Virus record (IMG/VR): IMGVR_UViG_3300011431_000001
Span: 1 to 54,285 of that record
Length of the DNA stretch: 54,285 nucleotides
Reading direction: 5' to 3' (one strand)
From: a virus
In this document: one piece after another, positions 16,594-25,401 of the stretch
Position numbering within the stretch: position 1 is the stretch's first letter
Layout of the letters: every line of letters starts with the position of its first letter
The notes under the pieces: model-generated
Seen by the model: only the letters and a program-made list of their open reading frames with translations
Database searches by the model: none
Told to the model about the DNA's origin: nothing
Translations under genes and position numbers: made by a program

Positions 16594-17126
16594 GCTGACT
16601 CCATTTCTTTTTTCTTCTTCTTCTTGCTTTCAGGAAATTCCAACTCTGCCTGGTTGTCGGGAGCAAACTTGTCTCCGTTGATGTAAAGAATGATTTCCCT
16701 TTCAGCATCATTTAAACAAGTCTGCAGGTCGTCCATGAACGTATATCGTGATTCAGGAGCTATATCAATTCTTTCGAATGGAGTATTTAAGCCCAAAGCC
16801 TTGCCGTTGCGCAGGATTTTATGGCCCATGATAACTACTCCCTCTTCACCTTCTTTACCTCCGATGGAGAAGCCCCGGACTTCAAACTTTTCAACAAGCT
16901 TTTTGTCGTACTTGTTGATGTCTTTTACCTGGTCAACCGGGATTTGATCGGAGAGCAAGGCAAAGTGAATTGCAATAGCGTCAAAGGTTGCCTTTAAATC
17001 CTTGTGAATTTCTGCTGTGTGGTTTTCGGTGATCTCAATTGTATCTGAGTCTTCGGTTTTTGAGTAGGTGCATTCAAGAGTCTTACCCTTTACCAGCTTT
17101 GCCGATTTGATTGTGATTTTTGACAT
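16590..17126 (-). CDS. Hypothetical protein, 178 aa, with a Lys-rich tail
   Basis: ORF track. Confidence 0.6.
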   Translation of the reverse strand: MSKITIKSAKLVKGKTLECTYSKTEDSDTIEITENHTAEIHKDLKATFDAIAIHFALLSDQIPVDQVKDINKYDKKLVEKFEVRGFSIGGKEGEEGVVIMGHKILRNGKALGLNTPFERIDIAPESRYTFMDDLQTCLNDAEREIILYINGDKFAPDNQAELEFPESKKKKKKEMESA

Positions 17127-17146
17127 TTTGATTATTTATTAGTAGA

Positions 17147-17962
17147 TTAAAATAGTATTGGATGAATTTTACTTATTTCAGTTTTTGCGTAACCTAGGGT
17201 TTCCATTTCATGCTTTTTTAATATAGCTGCGTTTATTAATTCGCTTGCCTCTTTATAAAAATTCTTTTTTATTTCAAATCCAAATGCTTTTCGTCCACAT
17301 TCAATAGCTGCAACAAGAGTAGTTCCGCTGCCAGCAACAGGATCAATAACAACTTCGCTAGGGTCAGTAAATATTTCAATCAGTTTTTTAAGAAGGGGAA
17401 TTGATTTTTGAGTAGGATGAATTTTCTTGGTCTTGGTATCTCTTTCAATATCTAAACAATTAAATATCATTTTCCCATTGTTGTTGAACTTTGGAAGTTT
17501 GTCTCTATAAAAAATTAAACCATATTCACAGTTGCCTACTATTCTCATATTAGCTTTCAAGACTTGTGCTGAAAAATTCTTTCTAAAAATTAGATTGATA
17601 TATCTTTTCAAACCATATTCAACTGCGAGTTTTATTAAACTAAATTGCTGCTCGAACTCACAAAAAACTAACATACATGGAGCCTTACCGCTTTCCTTTG
17701 GTTCCTTAACTAACATAGTTGAACAGAAATGCATAAATTCTTTCACCCTAAAATCTTTATCGGTATCAAAGAACTCTGTTCCGGCTAATTTGCTTTCTCC
17801 GTTTTTATTGTCTCCATCAATATACCAGGACGGATTTGAACCGTAAGCGTTTTTCCCAATATTATACGGTATATCAGCAATAATTAATTGAGCTTTTGGT
17901 ATTGCATAAACTTTATAATTCTGAAAGTGATCGTTAAATAAAATATCTTTTCTGTTACTCAT
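17147..17962 (-). CDS. N6-adenine/N4-cytosine DNA methyltransferase, beta class
   Basis: Motif IV IIADIPYN near the N-terminus, motif I VIDPVAGSGTT near the C-terminus. Confidence 0.85.
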   Translation of the reverse strand: MSNRKDILFNDHFQNYKVYAIPKAQLIIADIPYNIGKNAYGSNPSWYIDGDNKNGESKLAGTEFFDTDKDFRVKEFMHFCSTMLVKEPKESGKAPCMLVFCEFEQQFSLIKLAVEYGLKRYINLIFRKNFSAQVLKANMRIVGNCEYGLIFYRDKLPKFNNNGKMIFNCLDIERDTKTKKIHPTQKSIPLLKKLIEIFTDPSEVVIDPVAGSGTTLVAAIECGRKAFGFEIKKNFYKEASELINAAILKKHEMETLGYAKTEISKIHPILF

Positions 17963-18591
17963 TGCTCCGTCATAGTTTTTTGAATATTAATAACTCCCAA
18001 ATTAACAAGCTTAAAAAAACATTCTTTTGTCGCTGTCACGTCTGCCAGGGCATTGTGGGCTGACTCCATTTCTTTATCAAACAATTTTTTGTATAATTCT
18101 GATAGCTTTGGGAATTTCCATTCTTTATTTTTCCAGGGACGGTGATCTTTTCCGAAAGGAATTTTGCATACATCCGTTCCCGCTACCATTGTGCAAATCT
18201 TTTGCCTTGCAGGATTGGGTTTGCCTCGTTTGTTATATCGGATCATCTCGCTTCCTAAAACCGGGTAGTCAAATTTTAAATTATGTGCCGCCAATATATC
18301 GCAGTCGTTGTAATCGTTAAAAAAATAATCCAGAACAAGCGGCATCTGTTTCCCTTCAATAATACTTCTTTCCGTAGAAAAACCATGTTCAATCCAAAAC
18401 GGTTCTTTGGGTATTGTCCAACCTTGCGGGTAGATAAGGTGGCATTCCGTTTTTAATACGTTCCCTAATTCATCAGATACTACCCAAGCTACTTGAATGC
18501 AGCGGGGAAAGTTGTCAACCTCCCCTGGATCGGTTATACCCCAATCAATTATTTTTCCCGTTGTTTCAACGTCAAAAAAACAGAATTTCAT
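17959..18591 (-). CDS. DEDDh 3'-5' exonuclease (DnaQ-like)
   Basis: FFDVETTG, AHNLKFDYPVL, HNALADV. Confidence 0.8.
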   Translation of the reverse strand: MKFCFFDVETTGKIIDWGITDPGEVDNFPRCIQVAWVVSDELGNVLKTECHLIYPQGWTIPKEPFWIEHGFSTERSIIEGKQMPLVLDYFFNDYNDCDILAAHNLKFDYPVLGSEMIRYNKRGKPNPARQKICTMVAGTDVCKIPFGKDHRPWKNKEWKFPKLSELYKKLFDKEMESAHNALADVTATKECFFKLVNLGVINIQKTMTEQ

Positions 18592-19220
18592 GCTATTTTC
18601 CTCCTAAGGCGTATTGGTATTGAAATGGCCCTTTCTATATCCCAATTAAGTTCATTAACCCTTCGCCATAATATGCGAGCTCGGATACCTGTGGATAATT
18701 CCAAATCGTAAAAACTTTGAAGTTTCCCATTGAAAAAAATCTTTGCTGTATTTCTCTTATTAAATGAGTTAACTCGTGTTGTAACAAATCGACAATTATC
18801 GGGAGAATAATTACCATCATTATTTCTACGATCTATTTCTAATCCATGTTTCCACGCATTATTAATACACCAATCATAAAAACGTATAAAATCTTTTTTC
18901 CATTCTTCACAGACAATGATGCCTCTGCCTCCATAGTCTTTATATGCTTGGTCTTTTGGATTAGAACACCTACTCTTCATTCCTGTCCACTTAGAATATA
19001 ATGGGTGATCTATAAAGTCATGCTTCCATCTTGAATTACTTATCAATACCCCCTTTTTGCATCCGCAACTTTTTGTAGCCCCATAAGCAAGATTCCCCTG
19101 AGAAACTATTGCATAATTGCCGCAGTCACATAGACAATTCCAGTAGTACTGTCCCTTTTGAATGTGACTAAACGAGACAATAGTTAAAAAATTATATTGT
19201 TCACCCATTCTATTTTTCAT
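18588..19220 (-). CDS. Homing-endonuclease-like Cys-rich protein (paralog A)
   Basis: CLCDCGN...KSCGCKK, YKDYGGRGIIVCEEW, LEIDRRNNDGNYSPDNCRFVT; paralog at 22650-23156. Confidence 0.5.
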   Translation of the reverse strand: MKNRMGEQYNFLTIVSFSHIQKGQYYWNCLCDCGNYAIVSQGNLAYGATKSCGCKKGVLISNSRWKHDFIDHPLYSKWTGMKSRCSNPKDQAYKDYGGRGIIVCEEWKKDFIRFYDWCINNAWKHGLEIDRRNNDGNYSPDNCRFVTTRVNSFNKRNTAKIFFNGKLQSFYDLELSTGIRARILWRRVNELNWDIERAISIPIRLRRKIA

Positions 19221-19221
19221 A

Positions 19222-19449
19222 TTAAGTAAATCGACGGCTTTTTAGATTTAGTGTTATCCCGTAATCATCAACCATGCTCTTTACAACTTTAGTATCAGCA
19301 TTCATTGCCCGCAGACTTTCCACCGTATTAAGTACATCGCAGGCAAAAGATTTCATGATTGAATTAATGATAACTTCTTTTGTTTCTTCGGTTTCCCCGT
19401 TCTTTATTTCGTTCATAAGATGCTTCGATGTCAATTCAAGCTTATTCAT
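19222..19449 (-). CDS. Hypothetical protein, 75 aa
   Basis: ORF track. Confidence 0.5.
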   Translation of the reverse strand: MNKLELTSKHLMNEIKNGETEETKEVIINSIMKSFACDVLNTVESLRAMNADTKVVKSMVDDYGITLNLKSRRFT

Positions 19450-19676
19450 AATCTGATTTGTTTTAATAGTTTATTAATGCCTCTACCATCTTTAATTGTT
19501 TTACCTGTGTGCCAGCCGGAATAAGGGAAAAATTTGATAACCTCATTTCGAAAAATAAATTCGATTCTTGTCGAACATTCAAATGTTATTTTATAGCCAA
19601 GCGATTTAATTTGTTGCTTGGCAAATTCCATTCTTTTTGGCTCAAACTCTTTTTGCCTTTCTATATCCTGCCTCAT
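19446..19676 (-). CDS. Hypothetical protein, 76 aa
   Basis: ORF track. Confidence 0.5.
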   Translation of the reverse strand: MRQDIERQKEFEPKRMEFAKQQIKSLGYKITFECSTRIEFIFRNEVIKFFPYSGWHTGKTIKDGRGINKLLKQIRL

Positions 19677-20008
19677 CCCATTTTATTTAATCTTGAATGA
19701 TTAATCTTAAGTGTCTTGGCTAAGTTTGGATTCAGTTCCGCGAATATGTGATGCTTGCGACAAAGTGCTTTCATCTTCTTTTTATCAGTGTAATTCTTTC
19801 CTACCCTGCCGCTTGCGTGATGTACATCAACCGATTTTTTAGGACACCCCGGCCACTGGCAAAATGGATGCTTTTTTAATACCTCTGCTTTAATCTTGAT
19901 GTACTGCTTCTCTTCAGTTTTTCGTTTGTCAGATTTATCATTAATCTGTTTTGTTCTGACTTTCTTACGTGCAACCTTTTTAATATTTCTGATTTCTTCT
20001 AGTCCCAT
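19673..20008 (-). CDS. Small HNH-type nuclease
   Basis: HPFCQWPGCPKKSVDVHHASGRVGKNYTDKKKMKALCRKHH. Confidence 0.55.
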   Translation of the reverse strand: MGLEEIRNIKKVARKKVRTKQINDKSDKRKTEEKQYIKIKAEVLKKHPFCQWPGCPKKSVDVHHASGRVGKNYTDKKKMKALCRKHHIFAELNPNLAKTLKINHSRLNKMG

Positions 20009-21240
20009 TATACTAATTCTTCTTTTTTAGTCTTAGTATTGGCAATAATGTGGCCGGTCAGTTCAGCAAGCATTTGATTTACCTCAATACCAAGCTTTTT
20101 CGCTTTAGCCGATTTCATTTCAGGTATAGTAATACTACCTATTTGCTCTATGACCGTTTGCCATTTTATCTTATCAGATGCAGCAGCAAGCTTTTCCTGG
20201 GATTCAATTTTAGCAAGCTTTTCCTGTTCAATCAAGCGAAGTCTTTCCTTTTCGGCGGCTTCCTTGCGCGCCTGTTCTAATTCATTTTTACGCTTTTGTT
20301 CTTCAACGGTAATAAGTTGTTGAATAGCAGATTTAGCATTCAAAATAGCCTTTTCAAAAACTTCATCCGTCATTTTTTCAATGGAAGTCTTTTCAATATT
20401 TAAAAGTCCATTGTATGTAAATCTCATCGCACCTTCGCCCATTCCGCAATCAGCAAGCCTTTGGTATCTTATTGCAATATTTTTTTGATTTGCTTCTCGT
20501 TTTTCATCTTCAATCTTTTTTTGATCAGCCCTGATAGTGGCTTCCTTTTCTTCCTGCTCCCGACGAATCTTTTTATTCTGTTCATCAATGATACGCTGGG
20601 CCTCAGCCTGTTTTTTTCGCAACTCTTCCAGTTCTTTTCTTTCATCAATTAACTGCTGCGCCTGAATTTTTGCAAGTCGATCAGCTTCCGCTTTAGCGGC
20701 AAGTTCCTTTTTATGTTCAATCCTGGCATTGTCAACTACTTTTTCAAAATCTTCATCTGAAATTGTTCTTATGAAAGTGATATCAATGGAAAAGCCGTAT
20801 TGTGCCAGGGTATCTATTCTTTTTTGTATTCTTGCCTCTTCGGCCCTCTCATCCTCTTCACGGATTCTTTTTTTCTCAGATTCAACCCAGTTTTCCTGTG
20901 CAAGTAATTCCCTTTCGGTTGGTTCAATTATTGCAACCAATTCCTTTTCCTTTTCAGAGATTGTCTTGTTAATCCTCGTCAGTGGATCACGCATTAATTT
21001 CCCCTCCTTCTCAATTTCAACCCTTGCAACCTTCAGCTTTTTACGAATGATTGAAACAGCCTGGATTGTAACTTTATCATCAATGGACTCAATCTTTAGC
21101 CCATGTGCCTCTGCTTTTAGTTCAATCAATTCAGTTTTTCTTTTTTCAAAAGCAGCAAGACCCGATTCAATCTTATTTGCAATGATTGCTATTTCTGAAT
21201 TGTTATTTTCTGGTAATGATGGGAGTGTTATATGTGTCAT
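20008..21240 (-). CDS. Coiled-coil protein, 410 aa, recombination-module associated (DUF1351-like by position)
   Basis: Long E/K/R-rich heptad-like sequence; adjacent to the exonuclease and SSAP genes. Confidence 0.5.
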   Translation of the reverse strand: MTHITLPSLPENNNSEIAIIANKIESGLAAFEKRKTELIELKAEAHGLKIESIDDKVTIQAVSIIRKKLKVARVEIEKEGKLMRDPLTRINKTISEKEKELVAIIEPTERELLAQENWVESEKKRIREEDERAEEARIQKRIDTLAQYGFSIDITFIRTISDEDFEKVVDNARIEHKKELAAKAEADRLAKIQAQQLIDERKELEELRKKQAEAQRIIDEQNKKIRREQEEKEATIRADQKKIEDEKREANQKNIAIRYQRLADCGMGEGAMRFTYNGLLNIEKTSIEKMTDEVFEKAILNAKSAIQQLITVEEQKRKNELEQARKEAAEKERLRLIEQEKLAKIESQEKLAAASDKIKWQTVIEQIGSITIPEMKSAKAKKLGIEVNQMLAELTGHIIANTKTKKEELV

Positions 21241-21242
21241 GT

Positions 21243-21992
21243 TTATAATTTTATTAGTGGAATAGAGGTTATGTCTTTTACGGCGATTGAATTATTTTGT
21301 CCGTTTTTTTGAATTAAGGAATAAATAATGTCGGCCAGATAATCTTCTGCTTTCGATAAAGCCGGATGGATCTTTTCATAAAATTCCATGTCAGGGAAAA
21401 TTTCGATGATTTTTAATTTCAAATAACCATCAGCCACAAGCGGGCAATAGCTGGCAAAAATTCCCTTCATTTCATGAAACTCAACCCCAAATTTTTTTGC
21501 AACGCATAGCATGTTCATTTGAATTTGATGATAATAGTCCCGTTGTACTTTCTTTAATTCTGCCGCATTTACGATTAAACAATATTCAACATGATTGGCG
21601 GGATCTTCGGGGCATTTGATTTCGGCAACCAGTTTATTTTCTTTGTCCCAACCGTCAGGACTGCCACCGGCAAAGTCTGAGTATTTAAAAAAAGTAGGGC
21701 TGTCCATGCTTGCAAACTGCATGGAAGGATATAATTCTTTCAACAGTGCAGCAGCATCAGGCTCATACTGTCGCCCCCATTCCATATAAGAGTTAGTAAC
21801 TTCTCTTATTGTTCCCGTGATTATTTCAGCCGCCCTGCCTCTTATGTATGTTTTTGCAATCTCAGAAAGATCACCCTTCTTTTTTGCTTCAGCAGATTTG
21901 GGCTCTGTAAGTAAAGCATCAATGCAGGATGCCGTGAATTTCCCGAGCCTTTGAATTTCCCAAGGAGTTTCAGCTATTACTTGACCGATCAT
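21243..21992 (-). CDS. YqaJ-like (lambda Exo-type) recombination exonuclease
   Basis: RLGKFTASCIDALL, GGSPDGW, VAEIKCP. Confidence 0.8.
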   Translation of the reverse strand: MIGQVIAETPWEIQRLGKFTASCIDALLTEPKSAEAKKKGDLSEIAKTYIRGRAAEIITGTIREVTNSYMEWGRQYEPDAAALLKELYPSMQFASMDSPTFFKYSDFAGGSPDGWDKENKLVAEIKCPEDPANHVEYCLIVNAAELKKVQRDYYHQIQMNMLCVAKKFGVEFHEMKGIFASYCPLVADGYLKLKIIEIFPDMEFYEKIHPALSKAEDYLADIIYSLIQKNGQNNSIAVKDITSIPLIKL

Positions 21993-22675
21993 TTTAAATC
22001 TATTTCAGATTGACTAATCTTTTTTGATTTCAGTTTTTCTGCTAAGTCAGCAGTCTCTTTTTTTACTTCCTCAGTAGGAACTACAGTCGAGTATGTGTCC
22101 TCTAATTCATCAGCCGAGTGCATACCCATTAAAATGTCAGGAGCATACAACCGCCCGAAAAAGGCTGCTGCACGATAGCGAAACATTAATTCAGGCATGG
22201 TTTTCCATTTGCTGCCAGCTTTATTCAACCAACCTTCAGCCTTTACCATTGACCAGGTTATTTTTGGCCCCTCCAATCTGTCTTTTGTTTGTAGATCGTA
22301 AGCCCATGCTGTGTACCCATAATCATCTGTTCCAAGTTCTCCGCTTACTTCAAACCGGATTGGTGAAAATCTTTTACAGGCATTAAGAGAAGCAATGATG
22401 AAAGATGACGACCATGAAGGCTTACCCATAACGATGTATAAATTTTGCATAACAAGTAAGGGACTGGCTCCAATCCTGTTTGCTAATTCCAATGCTATTA
22501 AAGTATTTTGAACGTTATTTTTATATGTGTCGGGAACTAATGAAGATGAAGCAATCATCTTAGCGATTCTCTGAGCATGTTCAAACCCTGATATTGAAAA
22601 AGCACTTGCTTCAGGAATTGTCTTTTCAGGTTGTTTGTTGTTGTCTGCATTAACTAATGATAGATTCGGTTCCAT
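21989..22675 (-). CDS. Single-strand annealing protein, Red-beta/Bet-like (start at MEPNLS)
   Basis: LVPDTYKNNVQNTLIALELANRIGASPLLVMQNLYIVMGKPS; WKTMPELMFRYRAAAFFGRLYAPDILMGMHSADE parallels the lambda Bet C-terminal region. Confidence 0.7.
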   Translation of the reverse strand: MEPNLSLVNADNNKQPEKTIPEASAFSISGFEHAQRIAKMIASSSLVPDTYKNNVQNTLIALELANRIGASPLLVMQNLYIVMGKPSWSSSFIIASLNACKRFSPIRFEVSGELGTDDYGYTAWAYDLQTKDRLEGPKITWSMVKAEGWLNKAGSKWKTMPELMFRYRAAAFFGRLYAPDILMGMHSADELEDTYSTVVPTEEVKKETADLAEKLKSKKISQSEIDLK

Positions 22676-23156
22676 GTTTTTTTCTTTTATTGTTATTTTG
22701 TTCAATTCGTGTTGCCCATTTGCAATTTTCTTTGTAATAATTATCGTCATTGTCTTTCCTGTCCAAAGTGGTTCCCTCTGGTCGTTTCCCCATGTCAGTT
22801 AAAAAATTTTGAAAAGATTGTAACCAGGATTCGCAAATTATTATTCCCCTACCTCCATAATCTTTGTATTGTTTGTGTTTGATGTCTGTACATCTTGCGA
22901 TCATTGCCCGGTAAGAATGATATGTCGGAGTATTATAGAAACCATGAATGGTTTTTCCATGTTTCATTTTTTCAGACCTAATACATCCGCAGGATTTTGT
23001 ATCATCTCTCAGAAGGCTATGCGATCTTATTGTCGTAATATTACCGCATTCACATTGGCATTTGTATGCGACATGAGGCCCAATATTTGCGCCTCTCTCA
23101 ATGACGATAAGTCTACCAAACTGCCTGCCTATAAGATTTATTAATTGCACGATCAA
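22650..23156 (-). CDS. Homing-endonuclease-like Cys-rich protein (paralog B)
   Basis: CQCECGN...KSCGC, YKDYGGRGIIICESW, TTLDRKDNDDNYYKENCKWAT. Confidence 0.5.
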   Translation of the reverse strand: MIVQLINLIGRQFGRLIVIERGANIGPHVAYKCQCECGNITTIRSHSLLRDDTKSCGCIRSEKMKHGKTIHGFYNTPTYHSYRAMIARCTDIKHKQYKDYGGRGIIICESWLQSFQNFLTDMGKRPEGTTLDRKDNDDNYYKENCKWATRIEQNNNKRKKHGTESIIS

Positions 23157-23174
23157 TAATATTTTACGTTTTGT

Positions 23175-23351
23175 TTAAGAACTTATTTTGCATTTTCGAT
23201 ATGTTTGATAAATTTTATCGAATTGTTCATAAGAAAAGACTCCATGCAGATAAAGCATACAGGCGTGCCAACAAATCCAAAACCTCGGATTATCTGTTTC
23301 GTTTGTACAATTCCACAATAATGCTCTTTCTATTTCTTCTTTTCGTATCAT
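23175..23351 (-). CDS. Small hypothetical protein, 58 aa
   Basis: Hand translation MIRKEEIERALLWNCTNETDNPRFWICWHACMLYLHGVFSYEQFDKIYQTYRKCKISS; co-oriented, unlike plus-strand ORF 23171-23470. Confidence 0.35.
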   Translation of the reverse strand: MIRKEEIERALLWNCTNETDNPRFWICWHACMLYLHGVFSYEQFDKIYQTYRKCKISS

Positions 23352-23461
23352 TTATTTTTTATATAAGTGTTATCAATGCTTCGTACGCATCACTTCCCAA
23401 AATTCACCATCTGGTATCGCATAATTTAATCGCATTCGTCTTTTTACTCTGTATTTGGGGT

Positions 23462-23716
23462 TTAGTTTAATAAAATTGAATCATTAAAAACCATAGGTTT
23501 ACAACTGAATATTTCCTTACGTATTTCGAAATATCTTTTTGCCACTACATAATATCTGCCGTAACCAATAGCCTTCATTTTTATTACCCGGAAACGCTTT
23601 GCATCATGCTTTTGAATGTTTCTGTAATTCTGTGAAGGACATCCAGAACGTGAACTAGCGCAAGATGATAACCAGGCGCAAAACATTAAAAAAAGAATCA
23701 ATTGTATAAGCCTCAT
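23462..23716 (-). CDS. Small lipoprotein (84 aa from the ATG at 23716)
   Basis: MRLIQLILFLMFCAWLSSCASS: signal peptide plus lipobox LSSC. Confidence 0.6.
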   Translation of the reverse strand: MRLIQLILFLMFCAWLSSCASSRSGCPSQNYRNIQKHDAKRFRVIKMKAIGYGRYYVVAKRYFEIRKEIFSCKPMVFNDSILLN

Positions 23717-23740
23717 AAAATAAGTTTTTAATTTAAAAAA

Positions 23741-23774
23741 CCGGGCATGAAAGCATTTCGTACCAGCCGCCCGG
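23741..23774 (-). terminator. Hairpin plus U6 (third of three tandem terminator-like elements)
   Basis: CCGGGC-22 nt-GCCCGG followed by TTTTTT on the minus strand; the loop is large. Confidence 0.4.
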
Positions 23775-23819
23775 TATGCAAGGGGTCCATTATTTTGAAA
23801 GAACTTAATTTTAAAAAGA

Positions 23820-23845
23820 GGGAGCTGGCCACCAATCCAGCCCCC
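23820..23845 (-). terminator. Intrinsic terminator (second of three)
   Basis: Minus strand GGGGGCTGG-attggtgg-CCAGCTCCC, then TCTTTTT. Confidence 0.65.
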
Positions 23846-23888
23846 ATTAAAACGAACCAACATCAATATTTCAAAAAAACTTTAAGAA

Positions 23889-23911
23889 GGGCTGGCCGAA
23901 CCAACCAGCCC
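23889..23911 (-). terminator. Intrinsic terminator (first of three)
   Basis: Minus strand GGGCTGG-ttggttcgg-CCAGCCC, then TTCTTAAAGTTTTTTT. Confidence 0.6.
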
Positions 23912-23953
23912 TATTTCAAACCACCCTCAACCACCTATGAGGTATCTTGAATA

Positions 23954-24117
23954 TTATCGGCGGTGAGGTTTTCCTGTGACTACTCTGCGTCGGGCGCACA
24001 TGGTACAACTTGTTTCACCGATTTAAACCATTTTTATGTGCCTTCTGTGCTATCCTGTTGTTTTGTCCGTGGCTTTCGAGTAAACCCCTGCACATTTCTA
24101 CGGCCTATCGCCGATAA
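23954..24117 (-). ncRNA. Candidate structured RNA (about 165 nt, ORF-poor, visibly more G+C-rich than its flanks); family unknown, strand inferred from context
   Basis: 9-bp closing helix ttatcggcg (23954-62) / cgccgataa (24109-17); competing helix cggtga (23961-66) / tcaccg (24015-20); inner hairpin 23986-23998. Confidence 0.3.
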
Positions 24118-24371
24118 CCGCCAATTATTTGAAAGAACTTTTTTTCTTATTAAAGCTCCCGTAGTGGAAACTAAGGAGCGTAACCAAATCCAATTGCTGT
24201 GAGAAAATTTATCATTAATAGAAAGATTCTGTGTCGTCTAATTTTCTAACAGTAGCTTCCTTTTCTTTTATTATTTTTCTTAAATGGCCTATTAATCTTG
24301 GAATCATGAAGAAGCAAATCCACATTAAAGAAATTGAAATAATAGAAAAAATAAATGTTAGCATTAGACAA

Positions 24372-24656
24372 TCATTTTATCAAAATCCTTTGACAATTAG
24401 TATTCAAAAGGAGTTTGTATTTACCGCCCAAAACGCTTCTCACTTTTTCCAAATCATGAAAATCTTGCCCAAACGTTTCCAGTCCAAATACAACCCCATT
24501 GCGCACATGACGAACCACATTGTAAGTTGCCTTCTGCAATTTTTCTTCAGCAGCTTTTAATTCAGGTGAAATCCTTGATTCCAAAATATTGTAGTGGCAA
24601 ATAATTTCTTCGTTGTCTACGCCGTGAAAGGTTGGTGTATGTTCGATTGTTGTCAT
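24372..24656 (-). CDS. Hypothetical protein, 94 aa
   Basis: ORF track. Confidence 0.55.
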   Translation of the reverse strand: MTTIEHTPTFHGVDNEEIICHYNILESRISPELKAAEEKLQKATYNVVRHVRNGVVFGLETFGQDFHDLEKVRSVLGGKYKLLLNTNCQRILIK

Positions 24657-24823
24657 TTCAATTCAGTTAAAAGATTTTCAGCTTTAGCAATATTTTCTTC
24701 AATAGTTTCCATCACTATGGGATAGTAGACTTCGTAGTCCTTCTCTGGTAATAGATGCACCCATTTTATAAGCTGCCTGTTGGTCTCCAAAATGTCTTCG
24801 ACTAAATCAAGAATTTCCTCCAT
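24653..24823 (-). CDS. Small hypothetical protein, 56 aa
   Basis: Hand translation MEEILDLVEDILETNRQLIKWVHLLPEKDYEVYYPIVMETIEENIAKAENLLTELK; ATGA overlap with the next gene. Confidence 0.5.
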   Translation of the reverse strand: MEEILDLVEDILETNRQLIKWVHLLPEKDYEVYYPIVMETIEENIAKAENLLTELK

Positions 24824-24855
24824 GTCATTAGTAGATTATCAATTCTTAGGGTTTA

Positions 24856-25062
24856 TCAATTAATTATTTGTTCCCAATTCTTTTTTATAAAAGAAATATC
24901 AAGACCTGTTTTCATTGCTATGTATAATCTTGTAACAAAGGGCTTAGATTGAAAAACAGCCCTTGCTTTGTTTATTTGTATTTGCCTTGTTCTTTCTAAA
25001 TCTTCAGGCGTAACATTGCTTACTTTAACTTTTAGTTTCATTTTTCTTGTATAATGGGACAT
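24856..25062 (-). CDS. Hypothetical protein, 68 aa
   Basis: ORF track. Confidence 0.5.
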   Translation of the reverse strand: MSHYTRKMKLKVKVSNVTPEDLERTRQIQINKARAVFQSKPFVTRLYIAMKTGLDISFIKKNWEQIIN

Positions 25063-25095
25063 TTCCTATTTGCTTGTTTGAAATCAAGTTGTATT

Positions 25096-25335
25096 TTACT
25101 CTCCCCTATTACTTTCTTCATTCGCTATGATCAACCTGCGATCTTCAATTCTCTTTCTGAAAAACTGAAGCACTTCCACCGCTGTGTCCAAGTCCTTGCC
25201 TAATCCATTCAAATATTGAATAACCGTAGTCTCAGCCCAAGGGGCTTCTTTTCTGTCAGAAGTTGTTACGCTAGGCTTTAATCTTGTAATGGCCTCGTTT
25301 GCAGTTTCCAAATCAGTTTTTTGCTTGTTTGCCAT
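25096..25335 (-). CDS. First leftward early gene, 79 aa (Cro-like position)
   Basis: Divergent from the repressor gene across a 108-nt control region. Confidence 0.5.
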   Translation of the reverse strand: MANKQKTDLETANEAITRLKPSVTTSDRKEAPWAETTVIQYLNGLGKDLDTAVEVLQFFRKRIEDRRLIIANEESNRGE

Positions 25336-25401
25336 GTTATTAGTACTTTAGTAATGCTTTGTGAATACAACATTACAACTATCTTACAACACCACAAAAT
25401 T

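Noticed and set aside
18690-18698. Perfect DnaA box TGTGGATAA as an origin marker
   Set aside because: It is a single copy inside a coding region. One 9-mer match in about 54 kb on two strands is compatible with chance, and I saw no cluster.
23171-23470. Plus-strand 99-aa ORF
   Set aside because: It is low-complexity and AT-driven, and it runs opposite to all neighbours. A co-oriented 58-aa minus ORF (23175-23351) fits the gap better.
23747-24202. Plus-strand ORFs 23747-23950 and 23963-24202 as genes
   Set aside because: They run through the terminator hairpins and the structured tract. One starts at GTG, and their sequences are Cys/Pro/Arg-rich and not protein-like.
24231-24560. Plus-strand 109-aa ORF
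   Set aside because: It is antisense to the co-oriented gene 24372-24656 and begins in AT-rich non-coding sequence.
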